A DNA stretch of 64,000 bases from Candidatus Multivoradales bacterium (GTDB taxonomy: Bacteria > Acidobacteriota > Thermoanaerobaculia > Multivoradales > J023), in the NCBI GenBank assembly GCA_965248925.1, contig CBDFLE010000004.1:32001-96000 (forward strand). The letters are read 5' to 3'. Below are positions 40,184 to 48,900 of the stretch, piece by piece. The notes beneath the pieces were generated by a model. It worked only from the letters and a program-made list of their open reading frames with translations, was not told where the DNA came from and did no database searches. The position numbers were made by a program, and so were the translations under genes. Numbering within the stretch: position 1 is the stretch's first letter; each line of letters begins with the position of its first letter.

Positions 40184-41257
40184 TCAGTCCTCCGCCTCGG
40201 TCTCGACTACATCGAGTAAGTCCTCGGCGGTCACTTCATCGCTGCCGTCTTCTTCTGTCGGCGGTGCCACCCGCCGCCCTAGCTTCGCGCCCGGATGGGT
40301 TGCCGAGTGGATCGACTTCAGTTTGCGGATCGATACCTGAGTGTAAATCTGCGTCGTCTCCAGCTTGGCGTGGCCGAGCATCTGCTGGATGAAGCGGATA
40401 TCCGCACCACCTTCGAGCATCAGCGTCGCCATCGTGTGGCGGAAGAGATGGCAAGCGCCCGACTTGCCGAGATCGGCGGCGAGCACGTAGCCGCGCACCA
40501 GCTGAGTCATTCGCGACGGCGCAAACGGCGTCCCCTGGTTGGTGAGAAAGAGCGGCCCGCCGTCCGGCTCGACCACCAGCGACGGCCGTACCTCAGTGAC
40601 GTAGCGATCGATCCAGGCCAGCGCCCGCTCGCCGATCGGGATCATCCAATCTTTCCTACCCTTGCCCTGGCGCACCATCACCGTCCCGCGTTCGATGTCG
40701 AGATCGTAACGGCCGAGGCCGATCAGCTCAGCCCGGCGCATGCCCGTGGAGTAGAAGACTTCAAGGATTGTTCGGTCGCGCATCCCGAGCGGGTCGGCGG
40801 TGTCGGGCTGGTTGAGCACCTGGTCGGCTTCAGAGGCGGTCAGCACCGCCGCCGGCAGCCGGTGCTCCAGCTTCGGTAGCTCCAGCTCCGAGGCCGGGTT
40901 GTAGAGCAGGTGGTTGGCCCGAGCCGCCCATTTGAAGAAGGCCCTTACCGGCTCCAGCCGCGAGTGCTGAGCCCGGAAAGACAGCGGCCGCCCATCCTCG
41001 GGCTTGCGGTAGTGGTAGAGCCACCTGGCGTAGCGTTCCAAAATCGGCTTGGTCACGTCCGACGGCCGCGACACTCCACGCTCGTCACACCATGCGATGA
41101 GAAACGAGAGGTATAGATGCCGGTTCTCAACGGTTCGTGGAGAGTAGTTCTTGATCGCCATCCACTCCAGGTACTGACCCGCCATCACCGCGAAGCCCCG
41201 AGGGTCGGTTGGATTGCCCGGCAAGAGGCGGATCTTGCGCTCGCCACGGCGCGGCAT
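40184..41257 (-). CDS. XerC-like tyrosine recombinase of the element
   Basis: YSTGMRRAEL, GKGRKD, HLFRHTMAT, LGHAKLETTQIY catalytic motifs; N-terminal core-binding domain. Confidence 0.92.
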   Translation of the reverse strand: MPRRGERKIRLLPGNPTDPRGFAVMAGQYLEWMAIKNYSPRTVENRHLYLSFLIAWCDERGVSRPSDVTKPILERYARWLYHYRKPEDGRPLSFRAQHSRLEPVRAFFKWAARANHLLYNPASELELPKLEHRLPAAVLTASEADQVLNQPDTADPLGMRDRTILEVFYSTGMRRAELIGLGRYDLDIERGTVMVRQGKGRKDWMIPIGERALAWIDRYVTEVRPSLVVEPDGGPLFLTNQGTPFAPSRMTQLVRGYVLAADLGKSGACHLFRHTMATLMLEGGADIRFIQQMLGHAKLETTQIYTQVSIRKLKSIHSATHPGAKLGRRVAPPTEEDGSDEVTAEDLLDVVETEAED

Positions 41258-44200
41258 CAGGCCCCCTCGACCGCCGCCGAGCCGCCGGTACGACGCCCAG
41301 ATTTACGACATGACGGGCCGTTTTCTCGCACCCCCTTATATGCGTTTTTTGCCGAAACTCCACGATTTCCGGCCGAAGTTGTTGATTCTGCTTGGGAAAC
41401 TGCACCCCGACCACCCCCCGACACCCCCCCGACTTGGGGCCGACTTGGCCCCGACTTCTCAGCTTCAGACCCCGACTTCTTTTCGTCGTACCTGAGTGTT
41501 TCGACCTCGATCAGCCCCGGCAGTCGCGGCCGCTCCGGCTCGTCGCTGGCCACGTAAACCAGCTCGTAGACAAAGCTCTGCCCCCGCCCGCCCTGATGCA
41601 CCAGCAGATACTCAAACTCCTCAAGACGGCGTAGGTGCAGCTTCAGCTGCGTATTGCCCCAGCCGGTGTGCTCGCGCACCGCCCGCCGGCTGAAACGGTA
41701 GTCCGGCCGATCCATCGCCAGCGCCTCACAGGCTTCGCTGACCATCTCGTCGATCAGCCCCAGCAGGCGCCGCGTCTGCGGCGGCAGCTCATCGAGCGAG
41801 CGCCCCAAGACTTCGTGCGCCAGGCGGTTGGCTGTCTCGATGTCTGTGGCCACCACTTCGACGTACTCCACCTCTCGCCCGTCGACCACCGCCAGCTTCA
41901 CCTCTCGCTGGTATTGATGCAAAAGAGCAATCACGTCGATCAGCGTCAGGTACTTCTCGTGGTCCCGGCGGGTGCGGATTTGCGTATCGAGAAAGGTAAG
42001 TTCCGGAGCAAAGGGATTGACCACCGCCAGCGGCCGCAGCAGCCGCTGCGCGTTCTGGTGCAGCGCCATCACCCCGTCGCGCCGGGTGCGCGAGAGTAGC
42101 CCCCCCAGCGTCCGCCGCTGCCGCTGCAGCCGGTGAATCGCCCGCGTCTGCTCTCGCGCCTCGTCCACCGAGAGCACCAAGCAGCGATTCAAAAGCTCTT
42201 CATCGATGTCGATTGCCGTGGTCGTCAAGAAGATCATCACCGGCCCTTCGACGTGGTACTCGTGCGTCACCAGCTTGCCCGTTGAAGCGTCCTTGCCGGT
42301 TGAGGCAATCGTCAGCTCGCCTTCCGATTGGAGCAGCTTCAAGGCGTAGCTAGCCCGCTCGGCGCCTTCCTCCTCGACGATCGCCAGGATCTTGTGCTGC
42401 AGATCCGTTTCGCCCATGTAGAACAGCGATTGCCCGGTCATCGCCGAGTACTTCACTTGCTCCTCACCCGGCATCAGCGACAGAACCGCATCCATCAGCG
42501 CCGACTTGCCGGCCGCCGAGCTCGACTGCACCACCACCGCCAAAGGCCGATCCAGAAAGCGCGAGGTGGCCGCCATATAGCCCATGAGCTTGTTGGTTTC
42601 CTCGCCCACCACCCCGCAGCGCTCGAAGTCCGCGAGGATGCGCACCAAGAGATCTGGTGAGCGCAGCAGCTCAAGCGCCGCTTCCTTCTCTCCCTCTGAC
42701 AGCTCCACCGCCGTCGACTGCGGCTCGAGTGCTGAGCGGATCTGCTCGTCCTGCAGCTCCTCGAGCTTCAGCAGCACCTTGCCCAGATCCTTCTTGACCA
42801 CCTGCTCCTCGACCCCCAGCTCAGCGGCTGCCGCCCGCTGAAACACCGCCCGCGGCCGCGCCGCGTAGAGATCGAAAGTGTCGACGTGGAAGGCGTCGCC
42901 CCGCGACGCCAGGACGTTGACCTTGAGCACGTCGTAGGCCAGATTCTTCGGCAGACCGCGAATGCGGTAGCGGCGATCGCCGAGCGACAAGACCACCTCC
43001 TGGTCGCGCACCTCGGCCGGCATATCTGGCGGAGGCGGTGCGGGCAATGGGGAGGCTTCGGCCGGGGCGACCGGCGCCAATACCGCCTCTGCGGCGGTAT
43101 TAGGCCGTGTCGGTTGCTCTGCCGGCGGTGCCAATGAGCCCACTATGGGCTCGTTGCCCAGTTTCACGTCGGGCGCCTTGCCTTTCCCGAGCCACTGTGC
43201 TTTGCGGATCACCACCCCCAGCGACTTCGCGGCTGGCGTCACCTTCAGCGCATATTCGTTGGCGTCCATGCCGCGCGGAAAGTGAATGCGATAGGCGTCG
43301 ATCCCGGCACCCACCAGCTTCTCGGCCAGCTTCCCGGCGGCCTTCTCGCCGGCATCGTCCCGGTCGTAGGCGATCAGCACCCGCTCGACTCCGTGGCCAC
43401 CGAAGGCTGCCAGCATCTCCGCGGTGAAACCCTGGATGCCGTAGGCGCTGGTGACGTTGCGGTAGCCCGCGCACCAGAAGGTCAGAGCGTCGATCAGCGA
43501 CTCGCAAAGGATGATCTCGGTCGAGGCCACCAGAGCTTCCGCATTGAAGATCCCTCGATGCGGACCCGGCAGATAGAGATGCAAGGGTGTCCCCTTGCGA
43601 AGATTCAGTGTGATCTTTCGGCCGTAGATCTCCACCACCTGGCCTGTTGAATCGAAGACCGGAAAGACGATCGAGCCATTGAAGTGCTCATGACCCGACT
43701 TGCGCAGCACCCCGAGCTTCTGCAATCGACCCCGGATCTCCTTGCCCGCTTTCAGCTGCTTCGATGGCAGCCGGTAGCCCAGCGTTCGGTTGGCGAAGCC
43801 AAGCCGGAAATGCTCGACCATCTCCGGGTGCTTCAGCCCCCGACTCTCCAGGTACGCCAGCGCTTCCGGGCTGTCCTTCAAAGCCTCGTGGTAGTAGCCG
43901 ACGACCTGGCCGAGCAGCTCCGCGTCCTCGACGTCCGCCACCACCGGCGAAGGCAGAGCCGGCGCCGAAGGCCGCGCCTCAGTGACCGCCGCCGCCGGCA
44001 GGTCCGAGCGCAGCAGCTCGACCGCGTGGCGAAACGACACCCCGCGATCTCGCATCACCCAATCGATCACCGAACCGCCCGCTTGGCAGGCGCCCAGGCA
44101 GTGCCAGAGGTTCTTCTTCGGCGAGATCACCAGCGACGGCTCGTGGTCGTCGTGAAACGGACACAGCCCCAGCAGGTCCGCCCCGTGCCGTTTCAGCTCT

Positions 44201-44280
44201 ACACCGCGGGCCAGGACCAGGCGTTCCACCGATACTTCTCGCTTTAGCCGCTCTACCTCGGCTTCTGGAATCCTGCTCAC
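41257..44280 (-). CDS. DNA primase (CHC2 Zn finger + Toprim) fused to a P-loop NTPase/helicase-like domain
   Basis: CPFHDDHEPS...CLGAC, ESLIDALT, YDRDDAG, SSSAAGKS, IVEEEG; GTG start overlaps the upstream stop (GTGA). Confidence 0.88.
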   Translation of the reverse strand: MSRIPEAEVERLKREVSVERLVLARGVELKRHGADLLGLCPFHDDHEPSLVISPKKNLWHCLGACQAGGSVIDWVMRDRGVSFRHAVELLRSDLPAAAVTEARPSAPALPSPVVADVEDAELLGQVVGYYHEALKDSPEALAYLESRGLKHPEMVEHFRLGFANRTLGYRLPSKQLKAGKEIRGRLQKLGVLRKSGHEHFNGSIVFPVFDSTGQVVEIYGRKITLNLRKGTPLHLYLPGPHRGIFNAEALVASTEIILCESLIDALTFWCAGYRNVTSAYGIQGFTAEMLAAFGGHGVERVLIAYDRDDAGEKAAGKLAEKLVGAGIDAYRIHFPRGMDANEYALKVTPAAKSLGVVIRKAQWLGKGKAPDVKLGNEPIVGSLAPPAEQPTRPNTAAEAVLAPVAPAEASPLPAPPPPDMPAEVRDQEVVLSLGDRRYRIRGLPKNLAYDVLKVNVLASRGDAFHVDTFDLYAARPRAVFQRAAAAELGVEEQVVKKDLGKVLLKLEELQDEQIRSALEPQSTAVELSEGEKEAALELLRSPDLLVRILADFERCGVVGEETNKLMGYMAATSRFLDRPLAVVVQSSSAAGKSALMDAVLSLMPGEEQVKYSAMTGQSLFYMGETDLQHKILAIVEEEGAERASYALKLLQSEGELTIASTGKDASTGKLVTHEYHVEGPVMIFLTTTAIDIDEELLNRCLVLSVDEAREQTRAIHRLQRQRRTLGGLLSRTRRDGVMALHQNAQRLLRPLAVVNPFAPELTFLDTQIRTRRDHEKYLTLIDVIALLHQYQREVKLAVVDGREVEYVEVVATDIETANRLAHEVLGRSLDELPPQTRRLLGLIDEMVSEACEALAMDRPDYRFSRRAVREHTGWGNTQLKLHLRRLEEFEYLLVHQGGRGQSFVYELVYVASDEPERPRLPGLIEVETLRYDEKKSGSEAEKSGPSRPQVGGVSGGGRGAVSQAESTTSAGNRGVSAKNAYKGVRENGPSCRKSGRRTGGSAAVEGA
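41407..41478. repeat. Helically phased CCGAC(TT) iteron-like repeats
   Basis: CCGAC at 41407, 41418, 41429, 41440, 41451 (11-bp period) and 41472. Confidence 0.8.
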
Positions 44281-44501
44281 TGCGCCGCCCCCGACTCCAC
44301 CGGAGTGAGCACCAAGCGATCTTGCTCGACCTCCACCCGCAGCCTCTCCCCACAGCGAAACCCCGCCGCTTCCAGCCAAGCCCCTCGCATCCGCACAAAC
44401 GGCACAAGCCGCACCGAGCACGGACCGTTGATGTAGTGCGGTGCGCGGGGCTCGTGCAGGGTAGAGATCGTCAGATGCCGCTCAGCTCTCGACTCAGACA
44501 C
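44277..44501 (-). CDS. SymE-family protein
   Basis: PFVRMRGAWLEAAGF..GERLRVEVEQDRLVLT matches the SymE pattern; GTG start after AGGAG. Confidence 0.8.
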   Translation of the reverse strand: MSESRAERHLTISTLHEPRAPHYINGPCSVRLVPFVRMRGAWLEAAGFRCGERLRVEVEQDRLVLTPVESGAAQ

Positions 44502-44790
44502 AGGCTGCTCCTGCCAGGCGACTTGCCGAGACCTCATCAATCCGGCCGATCTGATCCGCCGGCACCCACACCACCGGCTGCATTTCCCTCTCCTCCTCGC
44601 CCTCTTCCACCCGCGTCACCACCAAACGCCCGTCACCCACGACGTCCACCCGCACCTGGGCTCCAGGATAGAAGCCGGCGTCGCGCATCCACAGCCCCGC
44701 CAGCTGCAGCAGCGGTAGCTGCGCGGACTTGGGGAAGGCGTGCCAACCGTGGCGGTACAGGGCGGAGATGGTTGGCTTGTGCTCGGTCAT
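44494..44790 (-). CDS. SymE-family protein
   Basis: PLLQLAGLWMRDAGFYPGAQVRVDV...RLVVT; GGAGG RBS. Confidence 0.75.
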   Translation of the reverse strand: MTEHKPTISALYRHGWHAFPKSAQLPLLQLAGLWMRDAGFYPGAQVRVDVVGDGRLVVTRVEEGEEEREMQPVVWVPADQIGRIDEVSASRLAGAACV

Positions 44791-44959
44791 CGGTCTGCCT
44801 CCAAATTTCTTCAGTTAACTCAGATGCAACTCATCTGTGCTCTACAGTACCAATCGGTTGCATTGGTGTCAAGCCTGCAATGTCTTGACGCATACCTTCG
44901 GGTTGCCTAGAATTAACTCAGGACGGAAAAAGGCGTACAAGAAAGGACTGGAAGGTTCT

Positions 44960-45331
44960 ATGAGCCAAGAAAGCGGCACGATCAAGACACGGTTCGGCAA
45001 GCGAGTTCTTGAGCTACGCAAGACTCGCAGCTGGAAGCAAGACGAGCTTGGCAAAAAGCTCGGCACTTCGGGCGTCGTCATCGGGCGCTACGAGCGAGGC
45101 GAGGTGATGCCGTCGATCAAGGTGGCTCAGAAGATGGCCGAAGTCTTTGGTGTGACGCTCGACTATTTGGTGGGTGAGCAGGAGGTTCCCAATCTGCTCA
45201 CCCAAAGCGAAATGGTCGAACGGTGGATGACTCTCGACGCTTTGGCGACGAGCGACCGGGACCGTATCCTCTACGTCGTCGACTCGCTCATTAGGGAAGC
45301 CAAGACCCGCCAGGCTTTCGGCGCCTCTTGA
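44960..45331 (+). CDS. XRE-family HTH transcriptional regulator
   Basis: LRKTRSWKQDELGKKLG...IGRYERGEVMPS...FGVTLDYLVG; divergent from the symE-primase-recombinase operon. Confidence 0.9.
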   Translation: MSQESGTIKTRFGKRVLELRKTRSWKQDELGKKLGTSGVVIGRYERGEVMPSIKVAQKMAEVFGVTLDYLVGEQEVPNLLTQSEMVERWMTLDALATSDRDRILYVVDSLIREAKTRQAFGAS

Positions 45332-45498
45332 TCCAATATAGACGGAAACCCGGCTCTCACCGGGCTCGATCAATACAGCTCGCTGATTTCAGTTGGCTTG
45401 CGGCGAAACGCCTTCTGGCACCTCCGCAGCAGGCCGATGGACTCATCCGAGACGCACGTACCCGGCAGTCCTACGCCGCTACTTGAGCCCAGATGCAC

Positions 45499-45524
45499 GA
45501 AAGCCCGGCATCAGCCGGGCTTTC
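45499..45524. terminator. Hairpin between the convergent HTH and immunity genes, possible terminator
   Basis: GAAAGCCCGGC-ATCA-GCCGGGCTTTC, perfect 11-bp stem. Confidence 0.6.
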
Positions 45525-45565
45525 TGCGAAACGGTTGGCACCTGGCTGGCCGCTCAGGCACCTAC

Positions 45566-45889
45566 CTAAGAAGCGCTCCTGTACCGTTGCACCAGCTCCC
45601 TACATACTTTTAGGATCTCCGCTCGTATTTCGTTGAGGTAGGCGGCGACTGCCTCATCCTTCCTTCTCAGTGACTCCTCCGACCAATGCAAGCGAGTTTC
45701 GCCAAAAGGAATGTCCTCCGTTTCGGACTCAACAGCAACAATCGGTGCGAAGAGCACATCATCTCTCTCATCGAGTCGGCCAGCGAGTTGCACTAGTTGT
45801 CGGCTACCCTCCACAATACCAACATCACCCGATAGCACCTGCCGTGCTTTGTCAGCAATTCGAGCTTCAATAGACGTAGAAAGTTTCAT
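45566..45889 (-). CDS. Putative immunity protein for the main Rhs toxin (DUF2489-like)
   Basis: Directly follows the rhs stop; IVEGSRQL...ESETEDIPFG..R..W pattern. Confidence 0.75.
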   Translation of the reverse strand: MKLSTSIEARIADKARQVLSGDVGIVEGSRQLVQLAGRLDERDDVLFAPIVAVESETEDIPFGETRLHWSEESLRRKDEAVAAYLNEIRAEILKVCRELVQRYRSAS

Positions 45890-45911
45890 TCTTAAGATCC
45901 TAGCCTTTGTT

Positions 45912-48900
45912 CTATTGGAACTTCGTCTTCAGCTCAACGATTTCTCCTGTCCTCACGTTCCGATAGGCATGGACCTCAAAACTCGCGCCGTCTGCGGCCT
46001 TGAAGTTCGAACTTCGAATTTTAGCCCAATCACCTCTTGATCCACCGTACTGCCTCGCAAGGCGGTCGACATCACGAATTGGGACTCGCCCGCCTGCGCC
46101 TGCTATTGTCCGACCACCGCCGTTAGCAAGTTCGCCAACTTGCTGTTCACTTGCAAGCTGCTTCTGGAGCCTAAGCCTATTCGCTGCGCTCCGCGCTCCC
46201 GCTGTCCCATCTGCGCCCGCTCTAGCTGCGTCAGCAGCAGCAGCTGACTTCTTCAGTTTCTTTGCATTTCTTACGGCTCCTACGAGCTTCGCTCCCCTAC
46301 CAGCCACCTTCAATAGCCCAAGACCTGTGGCACCAGCCACTGCTCCGGTGACGAAAGCCCCGGCTACGCCTGTTGTGAGCTCTTCCCCTGAAAGCGCGTT
46401 GCTCGCAATTTGAATCCCAACATCTACGACTCCGCCAAGAAATGCAGTTACCAGAAACCCAAGCCTTCCGTCCGGGTCTACCTGGTTGATTGGACTGTTG
46501 CTGACGTAAGAGAAGCGATTCCAACTCTGTGGTGAGGACCGGCTACCCAGAGATGGATCCACACTCAAGAACCGCCCCACCACCGGGCTGCAATGCCGAG
46601 CATGCATGTAGTCCAGCTCGCTCCTCACCCCGGTCCCGGTCTTGTCTCGCTCGTGCCCGGTGAACTTCAGCACAACCTCGTCCTGGGCCAAGTTGGTGGC
46701 CTCCTGACCAAACGGGTAGTAGTTGTGCAACGCCACCTGCTGTCCGCCTCGGGTGATCTGCCGGGGTGTGCCCAGGTGATCAAGATGGAGATGCGACGTC
46801 ATCTCGCCACCGCTACCCTCGGGCTCGATGGTGGCGAGGGGCTGCCCGCCGCGATGGACGTAGTCTCGACTCCAGCTGAAGGCGCCGCCAGCTGGCTGAT
46901 CGTAGACCCGCAGGACCTCATTGCCGAGCCCGCGCAGGGTCCAGGTGAGGCTGGCGGGCTGGGTGGTGCAAGTGCTGGTGGCGCCGGGGCCGAAGCAGTC
47001 GAAGGTGAGGATCCGCTCGTCGCTGGCGTTGTAGATGAAGACCCGCGCTTGATCGGTGTTCGAGCGCAGGTGCTTCATCATGTTGGCGCCGTCGAAGGCG
47101 TAGTCGAAGCTCTCGCTGCCGAGGGTGATGTCGGTCAGATTGCCGGCCGCGTCGTATTGAGCGCCCGAGAGGCCGAGGCGGTTGGTGGTGGCGTTGGGGT
47201 TGAGGTTGAGAGCCGCGAAACCGGGTGTTGATAGTTGCTGGATGTTGCCGAAATTGTCATAAGTCGCCGTCTGGGTGAACCGGGTGGCACCAACGGAGGT
47301 CTGGCCGGAGCGTAATCGGCCGAGGCGGTCATAACGGTAGTCCAGGTTGCCGATGGCGGAGATATTGCCGGCTCCGTCGTAGGCGAAAATGCCGCTGCTC
47401 CAGCCCGCGGAGGTGGTCAGCTGATGCGGCCTGGCGAGGCCGTTGGAGCTGCTGACTTCCTGGGTGTCAACCACGCCATCGCCGTGGGTGAGCTGATGCA
47501 GCATGCCACCGCTCTGGTAGGTGAGGTTGTTGGCGAAGCCGGGCACGGACCTCAGCATACCCTTCTCGTAGTTGAAATTCACCGTGCGCTGCGGATCGTT
47601 GGTGGCGCAGCCGCCGTCGGCGTGTTGGCAGCTGGGGTAGTCGAGTTGCGACAAATTGCCCTGGGTGTCATAGACGAAACCGGTGGTGAAGGCGTAGTTG
47701 CCGGCGAAGAATTGGTAGCGGGTCTGCTTCTCCGACATCAGGCCCTGACGACCGGTGTAGCGGAAGCTCTCGGAGAGCTTGACGTCGAGGGAGCCGGGCT
47801 CGGGGGCCAGGGGATTCTGGATGTCCACCCAGTTGTGGCGCACGGTCTGCACCAGCTTCCCGGCCCGGTGGTCGCTGCCAGAGTTGGTGCGGGCGTAGCG
47901 GAACTGCTTCTGCAAGCGCGGAGTGCTCCCCACGCCATTGCTCGATTCGAGGACTCTGATCAGTCGGCCGGCGGCGTCGAAATCGAAGCTCAGATCGAAG
48001 GCGGTGCTGCCGATCAGGTCTTTGGAGATGGCGTTGCCGCCGGCGTCAAAGCGGTAATCGATGCGGCCATTGCCCGAGGGGCCGATCTCGGGATGGGTCT
48101 CGGAGAGTAGGAAACCGCGACCGTCATAGTCGAACAAGCGGGTCTGGCCGCAGGTCGAGCCGCTGAGGTTCTGGCACACTTTGGTCAGTCTGCCACCATC
48201 GTCATAGGAATAGCGGGTCAGCAGACCGCCACCACCACAGCTGCCAGACCAGGCGGCGGAACTGCCCTCGCAGACCTCGGCCAGACGGCCCTGGCCGTCC
48301 ATGATCTCGGTGACGTAGGTGTCTTGCTGGCCACTGGTCAGCTGCACTTTGAAGCGCCGGGTCTGCACCCGGTCGCCCTGGTAGGTGAAGAAGGTCGCCG
48401 GCTGTTCTGGCGGCTTGACCCGGCCGGGGCGGCCGAAGCGGTCGTAGGCGAGGTAGGTCGTGCGCCGGCTTTCGCCGGCCGCGGAGGCGGTGGTCCACAC
48501 CGACTCGTCCGTCTTCCAGTGACGCGGGTTCCAGGTCGTGTAGCGATGCCAGAGCTCGGTCTGGCCAGCGTTGGCGACGGGGATGCGCACGGTTTCTTGC
48601 AGCCGCCGGCCGAGGCCGTCGTAGCGGTGCTCGCGGAAGCTCATCAGATCGGTGCCGCTGCAGGAGGTCTGGAAGGGCTGGCACTGTTGCTCGGTGAGCT
48701 TGGGGGCAAGACCGGGGTTGGCGGTGGTGGGCAGGGTGTAGGTCCACTGGGTCCAGCCCAGCTCGGCCGGGCGCTGGCCGGTCAAGCGGCCTAGGCGATC
48801 GTAGGTAAAGCTGGTGCCCAGGCCCGCTGCGTCGCGGCTGGTGGCCACCAGGCCGGTGTCTGAGTCGATGTCGTAGTCGGCCAGGGTGAGGATCGCGGTG

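Larger units (their letters stand above)
39122..46756. mobile_element. Rhs-embedded element: XerC-like recombinase, primase-helicase, two SymE-like genes, XRE regulator, toxin tip and immunity
   Basis: Gene content plus flanking identical in-frame 32-bp rhs repeats 7603 bp apart. Confidence 0.75.

Noticed and set aside
39248-40392. Overlapping ORFs of 60-190 aa between the leader and the recombinase
   Set aside because: Mutually overlapping GC-driven shadow ORFs with no domain-like sequence
41407-41478. CRISPR array here or at the other short repeats
   Set aside because: Units are 5-15 bp without unique spacers, and there are no cas genes
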